Shown here: positions 26,066 through 40,200 of the stretch, in pieces | Layout of the letters: the number at the start of each line of letters is the position of its first letter | How positions within the stretch are numbered: position 1 is the first letter of the stretch | Source: Nageia nagi | Lineage: Eukaryota; Plantae; Pinophyta | Length of the DNA: 64,000 nt | Direction: 5' to 3' | Assembly (NCBI GenBank): GCA_050084985.1 | Contig: JBITNC010000001.1 | Coordinates: 163,060,001 to 163,124,000, forward strand | The notes under the pieces: model-generated | Told to the model about the DNA's origin: nothing | Seen by the model: only the letters and a program-made list of their open reading frames with translations | Databases searched by the model: none | Translations under genes and position numbers: made by a program

Positions 26066-26899
26066 ACTACAATCTATCCTCCACACCCTTGGTTATCAAT
26101 GTAGAATGCCTCTCTTAATTATACACTAAATGCCAATTCAATTTATTTAAATAGATAATTAATATAATCTTTGGTGGTATGTTAATATAGATTGTAAATT
26201 TTTGAAAATAGATAGAAAATTATATGAAGTTGAAAATTGTATGAATAACTAACAGTAATTGATCTATTTTAAGCATACTTAAAAATTTATGATTTTCAAG
26301 TATTTGAATATTGATTTATTTCATCTATGCAATATATTTGTCCTTACATCTTATAAAATTATGATTAGAATTAAGCATTATTTTTACAAAGAGGAGCCTT
26401 TGATGATAAAATATTCTTAATTGTAGATAATCCATGTTAAAAAAATAGTAAAACAAAAATACCTTAATAATTGATGGTTTTATTTAACATATTGGTTTAC
26501 TATTGTAAAGTGGAGAAAGGTATGAGGTCATGAGTAAAATTATCTTAGTTTAATTGAAGTATCAGAGATTAGATGCTTAATAATGGATTGTCAGTGTCTT
26601 TAAATAAGATTCTGGATAGGTGTATTGGATGGATATACTTAATTAACAAGTAAATATAGAAAAAGATAGAAACAATGATAAGTTGAATTGAAATTTTCAA
26701 ATTTTAATTTTTTCATAAATTTATTTAAGGATCTATCAAATGCAACTATGATTATTAAGGAATATAATTAAGGATTACAAATATTGATTTGAGTCCATGT
26801 AGTATTATAGTGATTAAAATATGCTTTAGTTTAATTAAATCTAGTTACCCAAGTATGGCATGTTATATATATAAATGTTGGGTTTTGTATGGGTAAAAA

Positions 26900-27610
26900 G
26901 ATAACCAAAATTATGAGGCTAGAGGTGCTTAAATTAAAACTTGGCTCCATTAGCTAAAGGTGGGGGAAAAAGTTTCAAAGAAGGTCTTTCATAAACTTTA
27001 TCCACCTCAACAATCCACACAATTAAAATCCATCCATGAGGAAAAAATTAGACTTTCCTCATTGCTTTATATTTTGAACAATTTTATTAGAGACTACAAT
27101 CAGATGTTTATTTCTCAAGCCCTTACTTCCAATAGAGAACATGCTTTGGCCTCATGCATTATCATTGTCCCTATGAGAGTCCCACCTATTCAATAGGAAG
27201 GGTGTGAGAAACCCTTATCTATGAAGGATCTTATAGATGCCCTCTCTTAGATGGTGAATGATAAAGCAATCAGATTAGATGGTTTCCCTTATGAAGTTTA
27301 TAAAGAATATTGGGATATGATTGGCCTTGATCTTCACAAGGTATATTTGGAGGCACTTGCTTTAGGTTCCTTGGATCCCATGATTAACATAGGTAACATT
27401 AAACTTATCCCCAAGCTGAGAGATCCAAAACTTCATTACAAACTAAAGGCCCAACACCATGATAAATGTGAGATACAAGATCATTGCAAAGGCATTAACT
27501 TTCTAACTTCATCCTTTTTTCCCATATATTGTTGGACCAAAGTATACTAACTTCATCCATGATTAGTATATCTTAGATAATTTTCTTGCGATTTAGGAGG
27601 GTATGGATAT
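26900..27610 (+). mobile_element. L1-clade LINE ORF2 fragment (start of RT domain), copy B
   Basis: 'KAIRLDGFPYEVYKEYWDMIG...NIKLIPK' corresponds to the KAPGPDGF..EFYK motif. Confidence 0.8.
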
Positions 27611-27718
27611 GACTTTTATAGGTTTTGAAATTTGGTCAATTTCGATAAACTAACTAACTAATAAAATCGATGATTTCTCCATACTACACCTTCATAAAAT
27701 ATGAATCATTATATATGG

Positions 27719-27964
27719 TTGGAAAGAGCTCTAAGAGAGATTTCCAATGGTATAATAATCACCAATTTTAGATAAGTAGATCTTTAGGAATTCATGTTTG
27801 AAGTTGAACCACTTAAACTAAAGTAACTAGGTAAAGTGTTACAAAATTTAATATTTAATATTAATATTTATGGATGATAAAAAATGATCAATGGGACTAT
27901 GGATAAATACATATAATAAAAGTAAGGGAGTGCCTAGTGCAACTCTAATGTGTAAGAGTGAAAA

Positions 27965-28032
<68 letters not shown>

Positions 28033-28935
28033 AAAATGTAATAGGGATGGGTGAGGCCAAAAGCCTACATATGGAGATTCAAGGAGGCTTATCAGTATTT
28101 GAGGTTGAAAAGAAGCTCCTGATATTACAACTGGAGGAAGTAACCCTAACAAGTTTAGTAGTGATAAACAAATGGAATCCTTATAGAGTCTTCAAGGTTC
28201 ATATGATGCTTTTGATTTGTATTTTTTTTAGTTTAAAATGGGATGTGATGAGTTTGGGACTCAATGTGCTGTAAAATCTCTCAACAGTCACTTTCTATCT
28301 ATGGTGAATAGTGGTAAATCATACACAAACTATTAAGTATTCTATATGAATAGAAAGGTATCAAAGATATATTTACAATAGGACCAGAATGACCATAATT
28401 GGGCCTATAAATGTCTAGCAATTCAATGTAAACTATGAATCACCAAAAATTAGATCTAAGTCAAGTTCATCATAAAAGGAAGGTTTAGATCTAGTGATTT
28501 TAACATAAAACATATATATTATATATTATTTAAAAGACCTTAAAAATAGTTTTCTAATTATATATCACTCAATATAAATTGAGCAAAAGAAGTATGGAAA
28601 ATCCCTATGAATAGAATAATAGGTAGCCAAGATTTGGTAAAATGACTTAATTAGGTAGTGACTCAAAAATGAAGTGGAATCATGGTGATTGTAATATAAA
28701 GTGTTATATATGGTTGGAAAGATCTTCCAAAGAGCTTTATGATGGTATATTATTCATCAAGTTTGGATTTTTCTAAATATAGAAAATCTTAAATAGAAAT
28801 GAAACTAGTCATTAGTTTCAACTGAGTATGGTTGGGTTAAGTTTATGTTGAAAAAATATAGATTTTGGTGGCTATTTACCAACAAAGTATGAAAAAATAT
28901 GTATCATTGGAAATGTATCGAAATTAGGTTTCCAA
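27719..28935. repeat. Array of TTGGAAA-N15-TTTCCAA dyad motifs (5 copies; repeated at 33822-35014)
   Basis: Motif starts at 27719, 28350, 28529, 28714 and 28907; in copy C at 33822, 34424, 34604, 34793 and 34986. Confidence 0.7.
27967..28030. repeat. (AT)32 microsatellite
   Basis: Perfect dinucleotide run, absent at the homologous position of copy C (~34085). Confidence 0.98.
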
Positions 28936-29221
28936 TGGTGCATTGCACACCTTAAAAGTATGCCTAGAATGAAATTTATAGCCTTCAAAATTTTATTGAT
29001 TTTGTAAAAAGAATAGAAGGTAATAAACACAAATTTCTCCAAGATAAATACATGAAATGAAATGAAAAAATAGCCAATAAGAAAAATACTATAAAGATGA
29101 TAAAAATACCTTTTATATATAGAATTTTATAAGTGATTACTTAACACAACTTCACATAAAGTGGAAGAACATAGTAAATTACAATTATAGAAATGTAAAA
29201 CTTGTACAAAATAATCTCTTC

Positions 29222-29515
29222 ACCTAGGGACTAGCGTGATCCCTCCTCAAACCAAAGTACGCCACCACACTCCCCTCTTCGATAGGATCAAGATGACTTC
29301 TCTATGGATGTTTCAGATTTTGTACCCCCTCCCTCCCACTAGAGTGGGATTCTTTAACCTATAAATCTTGATTTAGCTCATTTATTTTTGCTTTATTTAG
29401 ATGGGGCCCATTAAGGGTCTAACTGGCTTTTTCAGCAGGACTATACATGTTAGTCCCATTAACCACTTTTGCTCACCTGAGGATACTAATATAATTTTTT
29501 CTTTACTTCTTTCTT
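29222..29515 (+). mobile_element. Short 3'-terminal remnant of RTE/RTEX-like LINE
   Basis: Absent in copies C and D (empty site ~35290, ~40757), flanked by tctcttc/tttcttc, and ends cccattaaccacttttgctca...actaatataat plus a T/C tail. Confidence 0.65.
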
Positions 29516-29859
29516 CTACTATGATATAATACATAATGAATACAATTATATGGGAAACATCCTAATACATTCCTTCATGGAGGAGATTGAGTATTTAGGA
29601 TTATTATCAAATTAACAAATTATAAAGTGTACCCAAAAAAATCAAGTAAATAAAATGGATGATCATGCTTTACAATAGAATAAATTATGAGAGCATTAAC
29701 TCTCATCTAGATGTATGCAATGGAAATCAAAGTCAGATACATCCAGTAGTTGATTGATATGATCATTTATAAAATATTTGAATATTCAACCACTATATAT
29801 ACAAAAATCAAACATGGAATATTAATTTTTTCATTATCTCCTTGATGCCAATGGTTTGT

Positions 29860-31402
29860 ATGTTGATTCTATTCCTCAAAGTTTGAAATCAATCTTTCAT
29901 AAATACTTTGGTGAATATGTTTGTAAGTTTATCCTTAAAATTATAAAATTTAAACTCAATGAATCTATCTTTCACTAACACATGGAATGATAGTCAATGT
30001 CAGTATGTTTGCTTTGACTATGAAATACTAAATTCTTCATCATGGTCATAGTGTTAGTGTTATCATATTGAATCTTGATAAACTAACAAATCTCCATTCC
30101 AAGTTCTTTGAATAACCTTACCATCCAAATGGCTTGAGTTCAAGAAAAGGATGTAGTCATATATTCTACCTCCTCAATAGATAATGAAAATATGTGTTGC
30201 TTTTTGTTACTCCATGAAATTAAGTTTTTACTAAAGAAGAAGGCATAACCAGATGCATTTTTTCTATTGTTAAGGATTATTTCCCAATTAGCATATGTGT
30301 ATGCCTCAATATCATTAAAATGAATAACATTATAACATAAATTAAAATATTTTGTGCCACTCGCATAGAAAAGGGTTCTCTTGGATTCTTTCTAATGGGA
30401 TTCATGAGGTGAATACATGAATCTTTCTAGTAAACTTACTACAAACATAATATCAATTCTCATATATGTAAGTTACATCAGGATACGAACAAGATACTTC
30501 TATAAGGTTACATTCACAAGAGGAGAAGATTCTTTTTTCTTCAGCTTGCAACCTATTATTGTTGGTGTAGCAATGCGATTCTGTAAGGTAAATTATATGA
30601 CTAAAAGATTTTCAACATACTTGATTTGAGTGATAAAAATACCTTTGTATGATTATTTCACTTGCATACCAAGGAAATACTACATTTCATCCATGTCACC
30701 CATCTCAAAATTATTCACCATAGCGATCTTGAATTGTTTTAGCAAGGAAATTTGGAACTACTCATGACAATGATATCAACATACAAGAAAATAATGATGA
30801 TCAATTTAGATCCATATATATCTATGTACAATGTGCTTTTCGTTGAACATCTTTAATAGCCATTATGATGCAAATTGGTGTCAATTCTAAATTATCATGC
30901 TCTAGGTTCTTGTTTAAGCCCATAAAGAGATTTCTTCAACCTATATACTTTGTGTTCATGACTTGCTAAGTTATAAATTCTTATGTTTAGTCCACATTGA
31001 CTTCTTCCTCCAAATCATCATTCAAGAAGGTTGATTTTAAATCCATTTACAAGTAAACAAAAATACTAAAATGGGAAGCTAGTGCTAGAAGAGATATGAT
31101 TTCTTAAGTCTTGCAACTAGTGTAAATTTATGTCTCTTCATAATCTAATCCTTCTTTTTTAACATAATTTTTTGCCACTAGATGAGCTTTGTGTTTGGCG
31201 ATGCTACAATCAACATTATATTTTAAATTATAGATTTATTTTACATCAACAATGGTCTTTCCTTCTAGAGGAGAAACAAGCTCCCAAGAATCATTTTTTT
31301 TTATTTGGTCCATCAAACCTTTCATAACCTTTTGCCAATCTTCATTAGTAGTTGCTTCTTTGAAGTTGGAAAGATCAACAAAAGAATATGACATCAAAGC
31401 AT
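29860..31402 (-). mobile_element. Ty1/copia RT-RNase H remnant (copy B)
   Basis: Minus-strand motifs resembling KSLYGLKQ and ISWSNKKQ..LS..EVEY; duplicate of 37240-38732. Confidence 0.8.
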
Positions 31403-31686
31403 AACTTATAAGAATATTTATATATTAATTTTGTATTATAAAAATATTATTGGTATATTACAATTTATTATTTCTTTTTATATTATATATATATGGTTAT
31501 AATATTTTCAAATATTTTTTATTAAAATATTTATATATAATTATTTTTAAAGAATATATAAAATATATTATTTTATTTTTTCAAACAATTTAAAAAAATT
31601 AAACAATCTTCAACCTATTTTGGAAGGAAATTATTATCTTCATATTTTTAATTATTTGGATTGTAATGCAATAAAAAAAAATTTAA

Positions 31687-31925
31687 GTTCTCAAGGGAAC
31701 AATGTAATGGTTAAAGCTTTGACTCATCTTTCGGAGTTCATAGGTTTGAATCAAAATGGTTGTTCTAATGTGTCATATAAGCTTGGCTATGATATGGCTA
31801 TCGTCATGCTATTGTCCATAGTCATCAAGTGGATAGTGAAGACATTAAAAAGTTTACCCTATTAACGATCATGAGGGGGTTCCTAAAATATTTACCTTGT
31901 GATTCAATAAAACAAAATAAAAAAT
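31687..31925 (+). mobile_element. Putative tRNA-derived SINE
   Basis: A-box-like gtaatggttaaagc (~31704) and B-box-like ggtttgaatc (31743), with an A-rich 3' end. Absent at the homologous site in copy B (~25690); a deleted version in copy A is split by the Tat element. Confidence 0.5.
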
Positions 31926-32999
31926 TAATATTTTTTCTCTTCATGACTTTAATAAGATTTTGTTTCAATTAAGTTACTATTTATAGAGTTGGTTGTATTT
32001 ATAAGGTGACATAAATCAATATATTATTTATATTTCAAATATTATTATCGACTAAATTTTTATCATTGATTTATTATTAAATGAATGAACATATACACCA
32101 CAAACCATCCTTCACACCCTTGGCTATCAATGTACAATGCCTCTCAATGTAATTACCCACTTTACCAATTCAATTTATTTGGATAGACAACTAATATAAA
32201 TTTGTTGGTGTGTTAATGGAGACTATAAAATATTGAAAATAGATGGAAAATTAGGTAAATTTCAAAATTGTATGAATAAGTAAGAGTAATTAATCTATTG
32301 TTAACATACTTAAAATTTTATGACTTTCACATATTTAGATATAGATTTATTTGATATTGGCAATGTGTTTATACTTAAATCTTATAAATTATGATTTTAT
32401 TTGATCTTTTGAATACATTTGTCCTTACATCTTATAACATTATGATTAGAATTGAATATTAATTTTTATAAATTACCTTTGATGATAAAATATTCTCGAT
32501 TGTAGATCATCCATGTTAGACAAATAGTAAAAGTAAAAATACCTTAACAATAGACAATTTCATTAATATATTGGTTTAGTATTGTAAAGTGGAGGCAAGG
32601 TATGATGTCATGAGTAAAATTATCTCACATTAATTGAAGTACTAAAGATTAGATGCTTAACAATGAAGCATCAATATATTTAAATAAGATTCATGATATG
32701 CTTTCTACTTAGATACACATGATGGGTATAGTTGATTAATATGTAAATATAGAAAAAGATTTTAAAAAATGATCATTTGAATTGAAATTTTCAAATTTTA
32801 ATTTTTTAATAAATCCAATTAAGGATCTATAAATGCAATTATTATTGTTAAGGAATATAATTAAGGATTACAAAGGTTAATTTGGGTCTATATAGTGATT
32901 AAAATATGCTTTGGTTTGATCAAATTTATTTGCATAAGTATGGCATGTTATATATATAAATGTTATGGTATGTATGCATTCATATCAATATATATGTGT

Positions 33000-33710
33000 G
33001 GGTAAAAATATAATCAAATATATAAGGCTAGAACAGCTTAAATTAAAGCTTGACTCTATTATCTTAAGGTGGGGGACAAATTTTTTGAGTTGTTCTATAA
33101 ACTTTGTCCACTTCGACAATCCACCCAATTCAAATCCATTCATGAGGCAAGAACTAGGCTTACCTCATTACTTGATATTTTCAATGCTTTTGTTAGACAT
33201 TATAATCATTTGTTTATTGTTCAAGCCCTTACTTCTGAGAGAGAGCAAGCTTTGGCCTCATGCATTATCGTTATCCTTGTGAGAGTCTCACCTATTCAAG
33301 AGGAAGGGTTTGAGAAACTGTTATCTATGGAAAATCTTACAAATTCTTTTTTTTATATGGAGAATGGTAAACCACCAAGATTAGATGGTTTTCATTATGA
33401 ATTTTACAAATAATATTTGGACATGGTTGGCCTTGATCTTCATAAAGTCTATCAAGAGGCACTTTCTTTAAGCTCCCTAGATCTTATTATTAATAGAGGA
33501 AACATTACATTTATCCCCAAGTTGGAAGATCCAAAAGTCATTACAAATTGAAGGCCCATAACCTTACTAAATATGATTTACAAGATCACTGCAAGGGCCA
33601 TAATTTTTTGACTTTGTATTTTTCACCCATAGATTAATCAACCAAAGCATATTGGCTTCATCCACAATTGGTATATCTTAGATAATATTCTTAGGGTCTA
33701 TGATGGTATA
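33000..33710 (+). mobile_element. L1-clade LINE ORF2 fragment, copy C
   Basis: 'MENGKPPRLDGFHYEFYK' followed by *RPITLLNMIYKI; duplicate of 26900-27610. Confidence 0.8.
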
Positions 33711-35442
33711 GATATGAATTTTATAGGTTTTGAAATTTGGTAAATCATCATAAACTAACAAATTGATTAAACTAGTGATTTCTCCATACTAAACCTTCAA
33801 AATATGAAGTGTTGTATATTGTTGGAAAAAGCTTGAAGAAATATTTCCATTTGAGCTTTTTCCAATGGTATAAGAATCATCAATTTTAGATAAGTAGGTT
33901 TCTAGTGATTTATGTTTGTATTCAAATCGCTAAAAATAACATGAATAGATCAAATATCACAAAATTTATAATTTAATATTAATAAATTTGCAGATGATCG
34001 AAAATAGTCAATGGGTGTGGGAAAATATATATAATAAGAATAAGGGAGCGCCAAATGCAACTTAGATGTGGAAGAGTGAAAATGAGATTAAAAAAAAAAT
34101 TATGTTAAAAATATCATAGGTCTAGGTGAAGCTTAAAGCCTACATATAGGAACTCAAGGGGCTATGTTAGCATTTGAAGTTGAAAAGAAGCTCCTAATGT
34201 TACAACTAGAGGAAGTAGCCATAGCAGGTTTAGTAGTAATACACTGATAGATAATCCTTCTAGAGTCTTCATGGTTTATATGAATCTTCTTATTCATAAC
34301 TTCGTATTTTTAAAAATAGGATGTGATAAGTATGGAACTCATGTTATGTGATCTCTCAATAATCACTTTATGTCTATGCTAAATAGTGGTAATTCACACA
34401 TAAATATGGAGTATTATATATCATTTGAAAGGCATCAAATAGATATTTCCAATGGTATAATAATTACCATAATTGAACCTATAAATATCTAGAAATTCTT
34501 GGTAAAAGATGAATCACCATAAATTAGATCTAATTCAAGTTCATCACAAAATGAAGGTGAAGGTTTTGTGATTTTAACATAAAGCATATAATGTTATATA
34601 TTATTTGAAGGATCTTGAAAATACCTTTCTAATGATATATCAATTGATAGTTGAGAAAAATAAATTTGAAAAATCCTTGTAAATGGAATGATAAGTAGTT
34701 AGGATTCTATGAAATGACTTAATCAACTGGCGACATGAAAATGAAGTAGAATCGTGATAACTGTAACACAAAGTATGAAGTGCTACATATGGTTGGATAG
34801 ATCTTGAAAAGGGATTTATAATTGTATATGATTCATCAAGTTTGGAGTTGTTTCAACATCTAAATTATTATATAGAAATTAAATTAGTCATGTGTTCCAA
34901 CTAAGTATGGTTGGATTAAGTTTATATTAGGAAAACATGGATTGTGGTGGTGATTTACCAAAAAAGTATGGTAAATTATATGTTGTTGGAAAGGTTTTAG
35001 AACAAAATTTCTAATGGTATAACACACACCTTAAAAGGAGGTCTAGAATGAAAATTATAGTCTTCAAAATATTTTTGATCTTATAAAAAGAGTAATAGAT
35101 AATAAACACATAATTTGCTAAGAGAAAAACATGAAATGAAATATCCAACAAGTAAAATACCATAAAGATGATAGAAACATCATCTATATATAAGGTTTTA
35201 TAAGTGATTTATCAACACAACTTCATCAAGAGTGGAATAACATAATAAATTACAATTATAGAAATTTAAAACTTATGCAAAATACCCTCTTCTACTACTA
35301 TACAATGCAAAATGGATAAAATTCTATGAAAAATATCCCAATACATTCCTTCATGAAGGATATTGAGTGTTTAGGACTGGTGTGAAATTGATATAGTATA
35401 AAGTGTACCAAACAAAGTTAAGGAAATAAAAGGGATGCTTAT

Positions 35443-36740
35443 TGTAGACACCCAAAAATTACATATTTTGAGCATTTACCAACATTTGAGCATAAACCAT
35501 AAAATCGATCAAAACAAGTCAAATTTGTCAAAATCATAACTTTTTAGTCAGTAGATCGATTGGGTAATCGGCCTACCAATTAGCCAATATTAAAACATAG
35601 CACACACAAAAGCATTAAACAATTGGCATGTAAATTATGATGATTTGATAATCAACTTGTCGATCAAGAATAAAATATTTATAAAAGTTCATCAATGACC
35701 TCATTTGTGAGGATCACTTGATTTTTTTTTTAGAAATCTTAATATTTTTTTAGCATTGCAGAGCATTTACATGAGTATTTTGAATAATTGAGAACTTCTT
35801 TAATCATTTGTTAGGGTTCTGAAGAAAACCACCTTCATATAAGCTACAACCTTGTATTCTCATCCCATCACATGATGGAAAAAGGTATAATCTAGCATGT
35901 TTGTCATATTATTATGCTTGTATCTTTGTCTTTCTTGTGATTGTAAGTTAAAGACATAATTTTGAGCATCATTGAGGAAAATTGGAGCTATTGCACATCC
36001 TTCTTTAGCATATATTTGCTTTATCTTGCATATTATGTGCATATAGAATTCGTTTAGGCTAATAATCAATCTTATAGTTTTAGCAAGAATCTTTATCTTA
36101 GGGTTTTAGCAAGGATATTTATCTTAACATCTTATACTATAATTAATCGTACCCTTTATCATTGTTTAGTATTATATTGGAAATAATATTTGTGGGTATT
36201 GTTAATGACTCATGTGTTACATTTATATACCTTTCTTGATTATTTGGTGATTTATTTAGCGCATCTTATCATTGTATCATTATAGCACATATTTATCATA
36301 ATTTTGAGCATTATCATTATCATAACATCAATCTTTATTGATCTTTTTAACATAAAGAAATATTATCAAGCATCTAACATCATCATAACACATCATTCAT
36401 GCATGTAGGCATCATTATATTTTCTACTATCCTCTTGAATACGGATAAGGGGGCCTACATATACTTAAGTTGGGATTTACCCTACTTGTTGGGTTATAGG
36501 ATCTCAATGACCTAGGGTTTGAGATTCCCCCTAACACATATTATTTTTCAAAGTTGTTAGATACATCAAGACATACAAGTGGAACAAGACAAAGGATAAT
36601 TTATCTCTATCATTTATCTTTGTTAATTTACCATATCATATAATCATATAGTTAATAGCATGCTTGTGTTGTTTAAGTTTATTGTAATTTTTAGCTAGGC
36701 GATTTAATTGGTTCATCTGTGTAAGAAATTTAGCCACATA
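35443..36740. mobile_element. Solo LTR (~1.3 kb) with perfect 5-bp TSD CTTAT
   Basis: Starts TGTAGACACCC and ends ...gccacaTA (CA>TA). cttat at 35438-35442 and 36741-36745. Empty sites at ~29662 and ~37016. Confidence 0.85.
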
Positions 36741-36745
36741 CTTAT

Positions 36746-37245
36746 GATTTACAATAGAATAAAATGTGAGAGTATTAAATTTCATCTACATGCCTACAAT
36801 AGAAATTAAAGTCAGATAAATGTAGTACTTGATTGGTATGATCATTGGAAAAATATTTGAACATTCAACCATCACAAATGCAAAAATTAAACTATGGAAT
36901 AGTAATTTCGTTCATTTTTCCCCTTAATTTCAATGATTTGTATGTCGATTTAATTCCTTAGAGTTTGAAATAGAGTACAAAGTGTGACGAAAAAAGTGAA
37001 GAAAATAAATAGATGCTTGTACTTTACAACGTAATAAATTATGAGAGTATTAAATCTCATCTGCATGCCTACAATAGAAATTAAAGTCATGTACATGCAA
37101 TACTTGATTGGCATGATCGTTGGAAAAATATTTTAATATTAAACCACCACATCTACAAAAATTAAATCATGGAATATTAATTTATTTCATTTTACCCTTA
37201 ACGTTAATGGCTTGTATATCAATTTAGTTCCTCAAAATTTGAAGT
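36746..37245. repeat. ~270-bp tandem duplication within copy C
   Basis: 36746-36970 aligns with 37021-37243. Confidence 0.85.
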
Positions 37246-40200
37246 CAATCTTTCACAAATGCTTTAGTGAATATATATGTAAGTATATCCTTATAAACTC
37301 AATGAATCTATCTTTCACTAAATTATGCATAAAATGATGGTTAATATCAATATGTTTGATCTAGTTGTGAAACATTAAATTCATCATCATGGTGATAGTG
37401 TTAGTGTTACCACGATGAATCTTGATAACGAATCTCCATTCCAAGGTGTTCAAATAACCTTACCATTGAAATACTTGAGTTCAAGCAAAGGATGTAGCCA
37501 TATATTCTACCACAAAAGTAGATAATGAAACTATGTGTTATTTTTTGTTGCTCCATGAATTCAAGTTTTCATCAAAGAAGAATGCATAACCAAATATGTT
37601 TTTCCTTACGTAAAGGATTCCTTCCTAGTTAGCGTATATGACTTATTCAAAATTATTAGCAATATAATATAAATCAAAATATTTTATGCCACTTACATAA
37701 AAAAGGATTCTCTTCGCTTTTTTTGAATGGGATTCATTTGGTGAATGCATGAATCTTGCTACAAAACTGACCACAAATATAATATCAAGTCTCATAAATA
37801 TTAGATACATCAATCTACCAATAAAAAAATTATATAATGTTGTATTCACAAGAGGAGAAGAGTCCTCTTTCTTCAACTTACAACCTACTATTGTTGGTGT
37901 AGCAATATGTTTGTAGTTCTACAAGGTGAATATGACTAAAAGGTCTTCAATATATTTTATTTAAGCGATGAAAATACATTTAAATTATTATTTTACTTAC
38001 ATTAAGGAAGTACTACATTTCTCCCAAGTTACTCATCTCAAACTCATTCACCATGGCGATCTTGAATTATTTGACCAAGGAAGTGGAACTACTCATGAAA
38101 ATTATATCATCAACATACAAGTAAATAATGATGAAATTAGATCCATTTATCTTTGTGTACATCATGCTTTACATTGAATACCTCTGATAGCCATTATGAT
38201 GTAAATAGGTGTCAATTCTAAGATATCATGCTCTAGATGCTTGTTTAAGCCCATAAAGAGCTTTCTTCAATGTGTATACTTTATCTTCATGACCTATTAC
38301 TATAAATCCTTGTGGCTTTTCCATATAGACTTCTTCCTCTAAATCTTCATTCAAGAAGGTTGATTTTACAGCCATTTGATAAACAACAAGACTAAAATGG
38401 GAAGATATACCTAGAAGAGGTATGATTTCTTATGTTTTTCAAGTAATGCAAATGTCTCTTCATACTCTAGTCATTTTTTAACATAACTTTCTGCCACTAG
38501 GAGAGCTTCGTATTTGGCAATGATACCATCAACATTGTATTTTAATTTATACATCCATTTTACACCAATAATGGCCTTTCCTTTTGGAGGAGAAATAAGC
38601 TCCCAAGAGTCATTTTTTGAATCTGTTTCATCTCATCTTCCATAACCTTTCACCAATCTTCATTACTAGGTGATTACTAGTTCCTTATTAGAAGTTGGAA
38701 GGCTCAAAAAATTAGATGACATCAAAGCATAATTAATCATATGATCACCTTAATTTTTTTATTATCTTGTGACTCTTCATGTGAAATCTTCATTTGACAT
38801 TTGGGACTATGGATGATACTTGTTGATTCTTTTCTTATTGGATTCACCTCTTAAGGAAAAATTATCTACAAGAGTGTTGGTTTATTGGATTTGCAATGGA
38901 TCAATAGTCTCATTACAACTTGACTTATCAAACTAAGGAATGATTCCAACATTATCATCCTTCTTCTTATGTGCTTTCCCTTTATTGAATATCATATCTC
39001 TACTAATATAAAGCTTGTTAGTAAGTGGATCATAACACTTATAATATTTGGATTCATCAATATATCCAACAAAGATACACTTGATGGATTTCTCATCCAA
39101 ATTCTTCATTTTCTCCTTAGTAATATGCGCATCACAAGTAGAACAAAATATCCTTAAGTGTGAAATACAAGGTTTCTTACCAAACCAATCTTTATAGGGA
39201 GTAGAGTCATGTATTACCTTTGTAGGGCATCAATTAAGATTATATATAATTGTATGAACAATAATTCACCCCACAATTTGTTGGGCAACACTATCTCCTT
39301 CAACATGCAACAAGTCATCTCAACAACAATATTGGTCTTGCTTTCCACCACTCCATTTTGCTTAAGATTGTATGTTGTTGTATATTATCTCTTAATTCCA
39401 TGTATGTTGCAATAATATTTGAATTCATTTAAGATAATGTTTCACTATAATAAATTTTAAATTTCTTGATACTATAACTTGACTATTTCTTAACTTCAGC
39501 CTTGAACTTGGTAAACCAGTCAAAAGTATATAATTTTACATGCAACAAATATAAGCAACTCTTTCTTGAATGGTCATTAGTAAATATCAACATGTACTTA
39601 CATTTATTGATGTTTGGACTCTACATATTACCATAAATATCTACATACACCAATTCTAATGGTTTCTTTTATCTATATTAGTGATAGGAAACTTCTCTTT
39701 ATGTTGTTTCCCAAAAATACAACTTTCACATAAATAATCTGAAGGATGTGCAATTGTTGGCAGACCTCTTATAAGTTTTCTTTTGTATTCCATCTAATGA
39801 GTTAAAATTGAAGTGGTCAAACTTGTTATGCCATAGCCATGCCAAATCAACTATGGTATTCAAATAATAGCAATTGGTTATATTTTAAGCATATGCATTT
39901 TGTTCACATACATGAGAATAGTGGCAGCTAGTTGATGATTGATCTTACTTGTAATTTTGCAACTATTTTTCTCAAATATAATTAACCAATGCTTAATAAG
40001 TTGTGCTTCAGTCATGAAATATAAAGAGTATCATGCATGTAAATAATCTCACCAATTTTGGACTTTAAGAAAAGAGTTTCTTTATCAACAATGCTAACCT
40101 GATTGTTGTTTATACACTTATCTTATTCATTGATATTTTATTCAAGTTTTAGAAATATCTTCTTATTCTTATTCATGTAATTTGAACAACTATTATTAAG

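Noticed and set aside
27848-28274. ORFs with IYIYIY runs
   Set aside because: Translation of the (AT)n microsatellite.
27719-28935. Dyad array as a CRISPR array
   Set aside because: Eukaryotic context, degenerate repeats, spacers of 150-600 bp, no cas genes.
31695-31765. Functional tRNA gene
   Set aside because: No complete cloverleaf or acceptor stem; better explained as a SINE head.
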